A stretch of 63,021 nt of DNA, the filler included, from Bigelowiella natans CCMP2755 (Eukaryota > Protista > Cercozoa): the NCBI GenBank assembly GCA_000320545.1. It is 5 parts of 5 records of this genome, joined end to end, with 100 filler letters (N's around TTAATTAATTAA, not from the genome) between each part and the next. Parts side by side here need not be neighbours in the genome. Positions count along the whole stretch, not along the records: positions 21,571 to 44,920 come from ADNK01000428.1; 4 more parts are not named here. One strand, given 5' to 3'. The translations under genes were made by a program, and so were the position numbers. Positions 25,095 to 38,617 of this stretch are shown here, in pieces. The notes under the pieces were generated by a model. The model ran no database searches, was not told where the DNA came from, and saw nothing but the letters and a program-made list of their open reading frames with translations. The stretch's first letter is position 1; the number at the start of each line of letters is the position of its first letter.

Positions 25095-25930
25095 TTTACA
25101 TATAACAACCCAACTTTGAGTTCGCACTACCTTGCGCAGCAATGAGACGTCCGATGTGAAAGTCCCATTTCCCTCCCCATTGAAGTAACTTTGTACATAA
25201 TAGAGGAAGGAGGGAGGGATAGCGTGATAAGAAGGAGCAGCAGCAGGAGCCTCACATGCATCATTTTTCATACTCGTGCTCTGTAACACTGCGAGAGGGC
25301 ACAAAACATAAAACGTGCACGTATACGCTTTCTTTGATGCAAATCTTCCGCCATATATCGCTACATCCAGCTGCATTTTTTGGTTTTATTGTGCTTAAGT
25401 CTTGCTTGTCACGTACGCGTGTTCTGCATAGTATACGGCTGCGGCGATTGAGCGGACAGTCCATTCCTGACAGGTATCATCAAGGGGGAGACAGTTGTTC
25501 GTAATTGTAAGCGTGTGGCGTCGTTCGTCGAGGGAAGGAAGATTGGCAATGTGCGCGGAAGAGTTGATAACTGATGGGACGCTAACAGTGATGATGACAG
25601 TGGTGATGGCTAACGACGGAGTGGATTGTGTATTCGTTGCTCGATCTTCTCTGCAGGTATCATATTTGAAAAGGTGGTGGTGGTGGTGGAAGTGGTGGTG
25701 GAAGTGGTGGTGGGGCCTCTGCATTCACTCTTCCATGTAACAACATAGTATACCATCACTACTAGTACTAGTACTAATACTAATACTATTGGAACTACAA
25801 TGTTTCTGATCTTCGCAGTGCTGTTGACTCTGTTAGGAGCAGCAGCAGCAGGACGAGGAGGAGGAGGAGGAGGAGGAGGAGGAGGAGGAGTATGTAGCAC
25901 CACACAACAAGCAAACAAAAGAAGAAGACA

Positions 25931-25966
<36 letters not shown>

Positions 25967-26021
25967 TTAGCGGGAGTAGACACACGCGTGTGTAGTAGGA
26001 CGAAATCCATTATTAAACATA

Positions 26022-26052
<31 letters not shown>

Positions 26053-26167
26053 TTGTGTGTGCGAGTGCGTTTATACGCCTCATTTGATGGCTTTTCATAT
26101 TTTCCCCAGTAGAGAAGTGAGCAGCAGCCATTAATTGATACAAGGGCATTCGATGAAAACAGCGGTA

Positions 26168-26208
<41 letters not shown>

Positions 26209-26544
26209 CATGATACTGATAAATCTATTAAATACTTCGCGTCTGAAAACTGCAGAAATCCCCATCTCTCGGGGTAGTGCATGTCAATCACTCCTTGTCT
26301 TGACCATACCCTTGCAAAACATAATATAAAAGATAATGTAGTGATGAGATAGTGTACGACATGATGATAATGATGATGATGATGATAATGATGATGATCA
26401 ACAGCAACAGCGACGTTGGGGGAGAGAAGTAGCAGTAGTTGAAGGAGGAGGGGCGGGGTGTTGAAGCAGCATCACCAGTTGTCTTCGGTAGGAGTTCCAG
26501 GCACTGGACATGATTGGCAGCTCGGCTCCTTCCAATACCTATTA

Positions 26545-26578
<34 letters not shown>

Positions 26579-28628
26579 CATTATTTATTTATTAATTTAT
26601 TTTACTACTACAACAACAACAACTACTACTACTACAACTGCTAGTAGGCTGGCAGGGAGGAGACCTTTCCGTCTTCTTTCCCGTTTTCGGATCCTCGACA
26701 GAGTGTATCTTCACAGCCCACTCCACACGCGAGAAGTTGATGCGCCAAAACGTGTCCTTCCTCGGCGGCACGACAGCAGTGGTGTTGTAAGCAAGTTTCG
26801 CCAAGGGCAACGCAATTTCGACGCTCCAGTACCTAGAAGAGCAGCAGCAGCAGCAGCAGCGGAAGAAGAAGCACAACGCCATCATCATTACCAGATACAT
26901 TGAATCGTTGCTGTTATGGCTTCTAATCTACTATGCCGCTCTCGCCGCTGTTGATTCTACTCTAGGCCAACCCCCCCCCCCCCCCCTCTCTCGAGTAGAA
27001 TTACTTAGTTGGTCCCTTGGAAGGTTCGTTCAGGGCGCCACCAGCAACAAATGTAGCGCTCATGCCTGCCTTGCGTCCTCCTACACCATATGATAGATTC
27101 ACGTTGGCTAAGACGATAATGTGATCGTACCCGGGAATCAACACAAATATTCCTCTCTCAATCAATGTCAGAACGGCGCGTTTGCTCGAGGATTAACAGT
27201 AGCGATGGAGATATTGTGCAATGTCATCATACCCCAGGGGCGCATGTCATCGAAGCCATGCACACCGAACACGCGCGTTGAATTCTCGTATCCGTTGTCG
27301 AGATAAGGCTGGTGTGAGGACAAAGATAGCAACAACCTCACGTCAGCGTGCAATCACTCGTTTTAATGGCAACTATTTATTCACTTCTAACTACTCTGGA
27401 TCTTTCTTTTCATTATCCTCGGCTTAGATGCCATTTCTACTACCACGCCCATCGATATAACACTACTACTACTATTACTACTATCACATAGCTCTTACTA
27501 CTGTGCATCATGAACCTTATTCAAGCATAGATCCCACGTGGCATTCGCTGCGTTAATCTCGAATTCCTGGCAAATACCATAGAAAACCGCACTGATCGTC
27601 ATCACCATTATCATCACCACCACCAGCAGCAGCACCCCCACCACCGAAAAACTAAATAGCCCCCAGTCTCCGCCTTTGGTTCGAATGACAACTAGTCGTC
27701 ATCTAAGCACTACCTTGTAGAAATGTGTCGTACCGTCCGCATCAACGAAGACCTCGAAATCGTTGTCGTGGAACACTACCTGTATACCATAGCAAAGTCA
27801 GGGTCGGATCATCCCGTGGTGGTTGTGACAACCCACAGGAAAGAAATGAGCGACATGATTATTATTGTTATATCACAACGAGAATCATCATGCTGTGGAT
27901 GTTTAATGGTATGTAATGTAGATGTGGCTTTGAATATCAGCACATGACCTGATCCTTCTTTGACCCCGGTCCTACATTGCAGTGGCAGGTGGAAGATATA
28001 TTTGCAAAGGCTTCTGGCTCTGTTACGTGACCGCCAATGTATAAGAACCTGTAATAGACAGCAGGCATTCATTCATGGCATGCATAGCAAAATTATGGAA
28101 AGAATAAGGGCGCGGCTAGCTCACTGCCGCATTATATGGGATACATTCATGCAAGGAACAAGTTCTTTCAATTACTCGTCGTCCCATCTGATCTTGGCGC
28201 GCGTGTCAAGTCTGGGCGTTGTCTCTGTACTGATGTCAACGAAGGTCTCCGTGTACCCCACCTCGCTCCACGCCTCCTCGTCCATTCGACCGTCGATGGA
28301 AATTGGTTTGCCCTAAAAGGAAGGCAAGGTGAGGCACAGTCCAGAAATATATGCAAGAAACTATTGCGCGAGTAAGTGACAGGAAAGGAGGGCGTCTTGT
28401 GTCCTTTTCTTGATGGCAGATGATGCAGATATACGGAGCGAAGAAATTTGAGGACTCGCTGCGTATCTCCTCGTAAACCAAGCATCTTATTACCTCCTCG
28501 AGCTTGTAAGCCACGTATTGACGCGGGTACGAATTAGAGTAGCTGCAATCTACAGTAGGCCTAATCCCGTAGCTGCCCTGCACAAGGAGGGTGGAGAGCA
28601 GCAGCATTGAACGCGAAAAGGAAACCAT
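24233..28628 (-). CDS. Secreted carbohydrate-binding family 9-like (DOMON-like) protein
   Basis: Signal peptide MVSFSRSMLLLSTLLVQGSYG, then spliced YVAYKL/GKPISIDGRMDEEAW...FVDI...TRAKIRWDDE/FLYIG.../VVFHDNDFEVFVDADGTTHFYK/EFEINAANATWDLCLNK/PY.../YWSVEIALP...FWRINFSRVEW.../[25 protein letters not shown]. 3' end approximate. Confidence 0.85.
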
Positions 28629-29076
28629 GATCAGAAATGGTTACAGATCATGTTTCAGACTGTATCTATTTGTCATACTGTGCATATATTTTGACTGCGT
28701 CATGGCCAAATATATTCACAGTGATAAAAATAGCCTGCATTCTTACAATCTACATAACATTGGATAGCTTTCAGGACACCGAGAAATCTGAGCAGAAGTT
28801 GCCCATCGCGTCAAAATAGTGAGCCGGCTACAACTGCAAAATCCAAATACAACAAAGAACGAAATGCGCGAGGCTATGGAATCAACATCACTTTATACAG
28901 TGGATAATAATAGATATTGAGTGCATAAAAATTAGCTAATATTTTGAATATTTAAACAACACTAGATACAACATCTCCAACAGCTAGATTCGCCCAAACC
29001 CCCCCTACTTTGACTATCGTTTCCCCCCCTACTTTTTAATTGCGGTCGTTTGAGGGTCAACCCGCCCCAGACTCGC

Positions 29077-30909
29077 ATGCATGGTTCTCTATCGGAGTTC
29101 CATATGTGGGGTCAACCTGGGGAGGGTGAAGGAGGAAGAAGAAGAAGAAGAGGAGGGGGGGGGGGAGGAACAATTCCCGTAGTGATCATCATGATAGCCC
29201 TCGTGGTGGTGTTGCCTATGGTACCTCACCCCCCCCCTTGTTCGCCCTCGTCGACCATCCGACTTGATCGTCATCCGCTCGCACACGTGCTTCATCGCAG
29301 CAGCGGTCTTCGTCACGCATAGAGCCATGTGCAGGACTACCTCGGGACTTTCTAGTGCTGGTGAGGCACCACGTAAGGAATGAACGGTACGCACGATATC
29401 ACAACCTTCTTCCAAGGAAAAAAGGCCATCCCTCAAGACGAAGAACCGCAATCACCGCCGCTGCCTCCGCCACAGCTATCCGTCTCGAAGCAAACGAAGG
29501 GTGTAGTAGATCTGGTGATGTGGTGACGAAGACAGCTACTGAACATCGATTAGCTTGGAAGCCGGCTATTGGATGCCCTGCAACCGAGGGAGGAAAGAAG
29601 CAAGATGATCTGCGTTCTAGTGTTATAGCTGCTGCCACTGCTGCAGCTGGAGTCCATTCATCAAACGGTCGTAAGATGCGCTAGTGTCATGTCAGATGTC
29701 ATGTACATATTTCAGTGTGGTTTGGTTGTGCACGTTGAATTACGCCTCTGCAACCTGCATTGTTTGTCGCGGTTATACTACAGAAGATGAATCGATGGTG
29801 AAGCTAATAGAGCTGCAGGCCTTAAAGATTCAAGCGGTACAGTGTGAGGACTTTGAGCGCGCTCAAACGCTTAAAGAGGAGGTTATCATCACCGTCACAA
29901 CATCTGCGTCATATTCCTCTATTTGCCAGTCATTTGCCATTTTGCGGGGCCCAGAATCATCGGTTTTTTTTTAAAATTATACAATCCAAATCTATCTCCA
30001 GGGTTTGACGTAAGCTCCTCCTCCTCCTCCTCCTCCTTAACAACTGTGAATCACATATATATGATCAGATCGATTCGGTGGCCGAAGATACAGGCTTAAA
30101 CCCTGTGGAAGCCGAGGCGGTAAGAAATGAGTGAAGGCGATACATGGAATATGATAGAAGGGACGAGAGTAAGAAGAAGAAGCGGAAGGAGGAGGAGGAG
30201 GAGGAGGAGGAGAGAATAGGAGAACACTTCGTGCAATCTAAAAAATGCAATATGAAAAACAACACTTCGTACGATTTAAAAATAAATCCAATGTGAAAAA
30301 CAACACCATCTAACAATGAGTCCAATTTGAAAAACGACACCGTTGCTTTACTTACCCTCGTGCGACCGAATGCAGGCTGCTCTCGAGATGCTTAAGGCTC
30401 GGGCAGTTGATAATGAGGATTATAAACAGGTGGCTCCAAGCTTTATTCACCATAGCTACTGTCACTCCAGCTACTACCAACATTGTTTGAAACTCATAAT
30501 ACGAAAGTGGATGTGGATATGGCATCTGCTCTCTTCCCACATGGTGTATATGGCTGACGATTCTCCTCTGGTATGTTTTCATCTTAAACTTGAATAGGCA
30601 CAAGCAATGAAGGAACGACTAGAGGCGCTTCGACGACGTCCGCCATCTTTGGTATAGTATCACGAATAATAATAACAACGATGATGACTATGTGGAATTA
30701 TACTTTGGAAGTTTCTTTACGCCAATGCCCCTGATAGTACACATTGGTTTCTATTGCCCCCCCCTCCTCCTACTTCTCCCCATCTCTCCGAATATATTCA
30801 GATGAAGAAGAAGAAAACATCCACACCGCCTAGCCACAAACTATCAATAGCCGAGCAACCACGGGAGGGAACTCGAGCTGTTTCGGTGGCACCTGCATCG
30901 ACGTCGTCG

Positions 30910-30943
<34 letters not shown>

Positions 30944-31459
30944 CTTCGTCATCATCAACCCAACGAATAGATACGATAATATCCCAGCAGCAGCAGCAGC
31001 AACAAGAAATCACTTTTGAATCACCACCTTGGTGTGATATCGTTCCTGTTATCGCTGCGTATAAAGGTAGGAGAGAGAGGGGAGGACGTCTTTAACGCAC
31101 ACACACACACACACACATGCAAGTGCGTTCGAGCACTGCATATTAATCGGTCTTTCATACGGAATAACGGTGCTGAAATTGATTTTTGCACCGACGATTT
31201 CAAGTGCAATGATCAGCATTGTCATCTACCTTTTTGAAAGGAGAGTCGGTCATCACAGGCGAGAAAGCGACAAATATCAACATCCACAACAACAACAACA
31301 ACAACAACAACAAGAACAAGAACAATAACAATTTGCAGGTGTTAGTGCGGAGGAGCTGAAGCTACGCTTGGAGCATCTACGTAAGTATGAGGGATAGTTT
31401 CAGATTCTGCAAAAGATGACAGTATTAACTGTTAAATAATATTGAATATATTTCAACAT

Positions 31460-31508
<49 letters not shown>

Positions 31509-32096
31509 GTGTTATAGGAATGGCTCTTTTCGATGTCGATGTTTTCCGACACCCAAAGTCCGAAGTTCTCTGCCTCCTTGCTGCGGTATTTATTCCCTCC
31601 CACCCAACAATGTCTGTTTGGATAATAAATGGGGGGGGAGGGGATATTCGATAGCATCGCTGATATTGAAACAATTCATGCGTAATTCTGTGTTTGTTTC
31701 TAAGACAATTCCCGTGTCGAACGTAACCGCGGCACTTTCTTCATTGCAAGCAGCGATTCCAGGTGAATCTTTGTTTTATGTGTACATCATCACTTTATTT
31801 ATTCGAGTGTGTTTGCGTGCGTGTTGCCCTCCCTCCCTCCCTCCCTCTAGGAGTAAATCCACGCCATCTCGCGGCAAGGCAACTTTGGATCCTTAGAGAA
31901 TCTCCTGAAGTACGACTTCGACAATATCAAACAAAAGAAGCGAAAACAAGAAGAAACACATAGAATCGTCAGACTCATGCCTTCCTACTTGCTACCGCTG
32001 CTGCTAATATCGACGGTGATGGTGCGATGATTATTATCCACAACATCACGCAATAGCCGCCGGAGTATAGGATTAGATGGTGAAGATTGAACAAAC

Positions 32097-32144
<48 letters not shown>

Positions 32145-32280
32145 GCTTTTCCAATTGATTTTCCACTTTCAGGCTATATTACAACGTGTACGTGAGTGCC
32201 GGGAGATTCTGCTCGGTATCTTCATGCTGAGACAAAATGAAGCTCACATCGCAAGACACCATACGATGCACAAGCACACA

Positions 32281-32321
<41 letters not shown>

Positions 32322-33058
32322 CGTATTATTCTTAAATGGTATTCTTTGTTAATCAGGGGTACGCAACTTTACAGAGCTTGTAACATATAACCCGAACCTC
32401 CTCGATACTTCTGCTTTGAAGATCACCTTGGTATAATCACCATTGTCATCGTGTTTGCTTGTATATGTGCTGCTGCTGAGACATGGTTCAAACGCTTCTA
32501 AGAGTGCTTCTCAGAGCGAGATGATTTTCATACATAAAGCCTTTTCCAATAATGAAAGGATGATGTTCGGCGAAGAGCTCCTGGCATTGCGCCGCATAAG
32601 TGGATTGAGAGGAATTTGCCCCCTGCGAAGAGGTCGATAGTAGGGAGAGAGTGATGGAAAAATATGTGTACACATTTGTATCACTCTGAAGCAATTAAGT
32701 GGTAGATGCGCTGCTGCCTCTGCAACTACTGCAGATATTGACGTATACAGCACCGTGTTCTCTTTGTCCCTTCAATTTCTTATATTGTTTGTCGTTGATT
32801 TGTCATTATGTTGATAGCTCGCAGCCGTCCCCGTTACTGCAGCAGGCTATGGACTCGATGGATTCTTCACCGTTCTTGTTCGAAGAAGATCCAAGTATGT
32901 ACTCTCTCCCCTCCTCCTCTTCCTCCGCGCTATCATTGAAAACGAGGTTGCGGCAGACCCTGGCTGAAGATACAGATTGGGCTACTGACAACCAGCTGGA
33001 TGAAATGCTCATCGCCGAAGCACAGGAGAACGATGAAGAAGGGGACAAGGCGCGCTAG
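29077..33058 (+). CDS. Protein with two UVR (UvrB/C-type) coiled-coil motifs, possibly plastid-targeted
   Basis: LQALKIQAVQCEDFERAQTLKEE/I (29810-29881) and LEMLKARAVDNEDYKQ/AQAMKERL (30383-30625); hydrophobic then R/S/A-rich N-terminus; last exon ends GDKAR* at 33058. Confidence 0.7.
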
Positions 33059-33059
33059 C

Positions 33060-33301
33060 TGCCGAGCCGAAATTAATAATTTGCTCCTCATGATGCTACT
33101 ATGCGATCGAGCTGATTTTGGCGCATCATTGCGACACATCAGCAGAGAATCGAAGCCAGAGCTAGAGAGACAGAGATCCCTCTCATTAGAGCATGCTAAC
33201 GTGCTACTGAATGAGTTTAATTGCGCATCTAGAAATTGCAACATTTGATGAAAAAGCCGAACCATTACAGTGGTAGCAACACATTGTGCTGCTGTTGTGC
33301 G

Positions 33302-33345
<44 letters not shown>

Positions 33346-33353
33346 GTCTGTCT

Positions 33354-33392
<39 letters not shown>

Positions 33393-33980
33393 ACGTGTGG
33401 TCTAGCAGCAGTGCGTGCGTTCTCGTACTTGAGGCTGTCTAGTTGTGGGAGCCACCCAACTGAATTGACACCAACTTGGGACATCCACGCAGATCTTTGA
33501 AGCTGTCGTTCGTCGTGACAACCACTAGACAGTCCAGCTGTTGACACCATCATGCCATCTAGCCATGCTGGCATGCCATCTAGCCATCTCTAGATCTGTC
33601 TGATGAGCGCGGCTCTCCAGCTCTCTGCTGGTCTGATTTGATGAGTGAGTGTCCCGTGCCAGCGTGCAATGCACTCCTGACTTGCACATCCAGGCTAGCA
33701 GGTCCAGAGGTGTGCAGTGCTAGAGTGCCCAGAGCTAGAAAGGCACCAGGCTGTGTGATGGTCTGGTTGTGCTTCCGATCGCGCCAGCGCGCTGCGGGGT
33801 GCACGCTAGCTGGCTGGCACGCTGGCACGTTCAAACGCGTGCACGTCACGTGCGCTTCCAATCTTGTTGCGCTTCGATTATTTCTGTCTGTGATCGCGCC
33901 ATCATCAAGGTTTGTGACTCAGGTTGTTGCATCGCCCGTTGAACAACAACAGCGGTGCATGCGTGCGCGTGTTGCTTTGG
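33060..33980. other. CTAG/RY-rich intergenic island
   Basis: About 14 CTAG counted by eye in ~0.8 kb, with many ccag/ctgg words. Confidence 0.65.
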
Positions 33981-33984
33981 ACAG

Positions 33985-34435
33985 ATGAATGAAACGGTGC
34001 TTCGCAGCTCTGCAATGGCTTCCGCACTGGAAAAACAGTGTTCGAGCAGCACAAATGCACACTTCTGGCCTCTTGAGAATAATTACGAAGTATTTGGTTT
34101 AAAATATTGTCTATATTAGCGACAACGACAACAACACATCTGCAGAAGAAGAACGACGACAACGAGGGGACGCCATGGAGGTCAACCAATCACCCGGAAG
34201 GAAATGCAAGCCGCATTGCGTTCTGCACCCCTTGATACAAATGATGTTTGCCATCTTCCTTTGCCCCCATCCCCCGACCAAAGTTGGCATGGGATGGCAA
34301 AACAATGTGAGAATTCCTGATTCTCTTTTCCACTTTCCCCCCCCTCAGAGCCTCGTCCGCTCCGTTGTCGATCGAGTCTTCGGCAGGCAGCAGGTGGTTA
34401 CCGTTGTGCTGATACTGCCATCACCGCATGCGACT

Positions 34436-34488
<53 letters not shown>

Positions 34489-34905
34489 CAATCTGACGGT
34501 AACCCACAATGGAGCTACAGAAGCAACTCGGGAAGGCAGCCGAGCAAGCTTCGGATCCCTCTCCCTTCCAAAGACAAATGGCTCAAGCAGCTCTACCCTA
34601 TGCTCATACTCTGTAAAACTGTTCAGCATTCAGAGAGATTGGCCGGGGGACGGCTTTGGGATCGGTACTGCTACTTCTTCTACTTCTGCTGCAGCTGCAA
34701 CTGCTACTGCTACCATTCACTTCCTTTATACCCACCATCCACACTAGCTGCCTCAAGAAAGACAACAGCAATAGCAATGAAACCATGATCATTATTTTCC
34801 AATTTTTTGAAGAAGAGTAAACGGTGCCAGTGTCATATTAAAAGTCGCTCCAAGATGTTACACAGACTCGCCTTGTACACACACACACACACACACTATA
34901 TATGT

Positions 34906-34942
<37 letters not shown>

Positions 34943-35791
34943 TTATCTGTTTTCGGTATTTAAATGTGGCAGTCTTCCTGGGGTCTGCTTTGTGAGCTCT
35001 ATGTGTATAGCGCCCTTCCTCAAACCAGGTGGATGGAGGTTCTCCGACGTCTCGTTCAGCCCCGAAACAGTGGTGAGAGAGAGTAGCAGATAATAATGCC
35101 AACTCTACGTGAATGAATGATAAACAACGCCTATTCATGCTCTGTTCGCCTTTGAAAAGTAAATGGTGTCCTTGCGGATCGATTAGAATAATTGTTACTA
35201 CATCGCCGTAATCACGGTTTCGGAGAGGTGTCTTTGGCGTGTTCTTTATCATGACCACGATCACCGCTCAGCTTCCTCAAATTCTCCGCTGCCTATCATA
35301 ATATCCCATAGATTCACTTCCGATTAAGCTCCCTGTTTACGTCGAACCTGATGCACGTATCACTCTCCCACCTCATCATCAACCTGATCAACCTTATCCA
35401 GGTAGGCAGTAGCACGAGATTGCCAGCAGCAGCAGCAGTAGTGAGGGGGGGGGGGGGAGAGGGGGAGGATAAGGAGGAGGATGGTTAGATATCGTAGAGA
35501 GCAAATTGTAATAGTATTCGAACGTTAGGGTCTATGATGGGCATTGACTGGACAAAGTCAAGGAAATTTATGTAATATTTGCTGTTTGTTTGTGCGAAGG
35601 ATGGGACGATATTAGAGGCGGAGATCGGATCTCGACTCTTCGTCTTGGATGTGACAGCTATCTCGTTGCTCTCGAGGATATTGCATGTAGGATGATGATA
35701 GGCGTGCAATTCACCCCCCCAAACACAACGACGACGTGACGATGACAATCACGCGTACATTTTTAAATTTAGAGAGAGGGGAGTATATAAT

Positions 35792-35825
<34 letters not shown>

Positions 35826-36582
35826 ATTCACGGGGTCAGTTTGTACGTGCGTGACGACTAGTGCAAACTATGCTTTCGAATGATATGCGTAGCTATCCCC
35901 TCATCGTCATCAATCATCATCACGTCTTGCAACCGGTGGTGATGCTGCTGTTTGTTCATCAGGTTGTCTACGGCTACTTATGTGCACGATTCTTATCGTG
36001 GGGCGAGCCTTATAGATCCGAGACGGTCGGCATGGATCCAGTGTGTACGGGGCTAAGGGGTGAGTAGTCGTTGAGTCAGTCAGTGGCCAGATAGTTGTTA
36101 AGTAAATACGAAGGCAATACAATCTCTCCCCGTGTAGTAGTAGTAGTAGTAGTAGTAGTAGTAATAATATGATGATGATAATGATGATGATGAGACCTAT
36201 GCGCTTGATTGCTTTCGTGAATATTATCATCATAATCCTTATCGTAATTATCATCGTCGTTGTAGGTCGTTACGAGCCACTCGTGCAGTGGACGGTAGTG
36301 GCAAGTTAGCGTGATTCTGTGCATTGACGATAGTTGTTTTCCCCCTGCAATGTGTCGCATTGCGCACATTGGAAGGGGGTGCATTTACCAATGATTCAAC
36401 TCATTTGAGGGTCTCGAACTATTGATGATGGTGATGCTGATGATGCTGATGATGATGACGATGATGAGACATTGATTGGTGATGATGATTACAAGGTTGA
36501 TGCTGTATGGCTGTCTTCCCATCCCGAGTCAATTTAGATCGCTCTCGTGCTGGGTAAGGGAACGTATTGCAACGATCATCAC

Positions 36583-36617
<35 letters not shown>

Positions 36618-36984
36618 TATACATATGGCAAGATACACTGCACATGAATGCCTTTTCGTTCCATTGCCACGGCACCTTCGAGAGTGTCATCACACCGTCA
36701 TTGCGATTATTTATCACCGCCATTTTAGCAGTATAACTATCACCGAAATCGTCGTTGTGTGTTATCGTCGTCATGTAACCTATATCACTCAGATTGACGT
36801 GGCACGGGGCTTCATCTTCTACCCACAATATCGCCCTACGGCTGATTTGACTGGCATATTTGGTGGCCTGATGCTCGTATATGTGGGCCCATGGGTAACT
36901 ACAACGACGAAAACAATTCTGACTAACAGCAGCAGCAGCAGCAAACAGCAGATCTTAGTGCGACACAAACTAGTGGGTGAATAA
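33985..36984 (+). CDS. Rhomboid-superfamily membrane protein (RHBDL4-like), apparently catalytically inactive
   Basis: Exon 35312-35401 IHFRLSSLFTSNLMHVSLSHLIINL carries the H-x4-H-x3-N motif; later ETVGMDPVCTGLR and YPQYRPTADLTGIFGGLML align with the GxS and GH-L-x-G segments. Start uncertain. Confidence 0.65.
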
Positions 36985-37399
36985 CCTGTGATATTAATAC
37001 CCATCATAGTCGTGGCCATTATTAATTATCAATCACATGTGCTTACAGGACTTATCTGATCCTCCCTCCCCCCCCCCCCTCCCCCTTTGTTTGTTCGTCT
37101 CCCCCTACTACTACCAGTTGTATCGCAAGATTGTAACAGTGTACCGCCATAGCTACTCTCTGCAGAATGGGCGTTTGCGCGTGGAGAGGCCCTTGGTATG
37201 ATATATGCATGTATGTATTCATATATATATATATATATATATATATACAAATGCACACACGCACATCACATGCATATGCATGAATACGGAGCATGGATCG
37301 CCATCGCTCATCGACCTCATCACTCTATGCTCTTATTATCAGATTGATAGAATGCTAGGCCTTCGCCAGTCGCGTGTGCACCGCAGGATCCATGCGCTC

Positions 37400-38500
37400 G
37401 GGCATGATCTCCACCCGCTCGTTATCCACGCGGCATGTGCAGGTGAGCACAGTGCTGCATGCTGCATGCTGCAAGGAAGTAGTACCGAGGAGTAGAATAG
37501 ACGACGGTCGTGGCTGATGGGGTTGTGCATGTTCACAAGAAGTGTACATCGATGTTGTCTGAATGTTGTAGGCGAAATGATGCGCATAGGTGGTATGATG
37601 CGGTGCGTGTTAGAACTGCGACATCCATGTCGACTAAGGCTTCATCCTCTATGCTTTCGAATACAGGTCTTACTCTTCTGATTGCGTACTCACGGAGGCA
37701 TCGAGGCGGTTACTAAAACACCAAAATGAAATGTTATGATTCACATCAAGCTGAACAAGATAGTATGAAGCGACACACTTGCTTGTCCCATGCGAGCATG
37801 TGATGCCTTCTAAAATCTGTATAAGACGAGTTGCACATGATCTAGATGATGAGAAGCTCTAGAAGCTGTCCGAGCTACCTCGTATGTGTTGTGCGCCGCG
37901 CTCTGGCGCTGCTGCCGCGAGCTAGAAATGACACATGACAGCATGGCGAAAGCGTGAATGGCCCGAGACAAACAAGAGCACTGCGCGCTAAGCTCTAGTG
38001 CTGTGCAAAGCAGATCGATGTGCGTGTGCTTGTACATGCATGCTAGCATGAGACAGGTATGATTTCTAGATTTACGTGTAGTTTTTTCAATTGTCGTCCT
38101 GACGTAGCTTTGCAATCTAGCGCAATGCTGCAGCTACAGCGCTGGAGCGCAGGTTGTGGTCATTGGTCTCATCCGCCATCTTGTCCATCGTGCATGTGAG
38201 CGTTGTCATTGCTACAGCTTCACCAGTCTAGCAGTGTCTAAATGGTGTGCGCTTTGCACATTTGCTCTGCTAGTCTGGCTAGCCACACCGTGAGAGGATC
38301 TATCTCACTGTGCGCTGCGTGCTGCATGATTTTCGCTTGTTCACGTATTGCATCTTCAATGGTAATGGCCCGCGATGCTGTTGCATGGCGCTCTAGCGCT
38401 ATATAGGTGGCTTCGATTGATGTCCACTGCATTACACATTGATGTGACATTACTTCATTCCTTTTAAAGTGTAGACAATTTTTCAATAAGTCATGCAAGT
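37400..38500. other. CTAG/RY-rich intergenic island between convergent genes
   Basis: ctag/gcatgc-dense; holds repeat copy F and a fragment at ~38478-38496 (tttttcaataagtcat). Confidence 0.6.
38048..38120 (-). repeat. Dispersed island repeat, degenerate copy F
   Basis: Reverse complement reads ctagattgcaaagctacgtcaggacgacaattgaaaaaactacacgtaaatctagaaatcatacctgtctcat. Confidence 0.7.
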
Positions 38501-38617
38501 GTTGCCCTCTGAAGAGCAAACGATTGGAAGACTAACGATAATAAGCTTCGCTGCGCGAACAGCTACACATCGCTTGCGAACCGCCGCTACTACTTCCTTC
38601 AAATTTACCACCAGCAG

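Noticed and set aside
38100-38120. CTAG-ended repeat as a Helitron 3' terminus
   Set aside because: No GC-rich subterminal hairpin, CTAG is not followed by T, and similarity continues past the CTAG.
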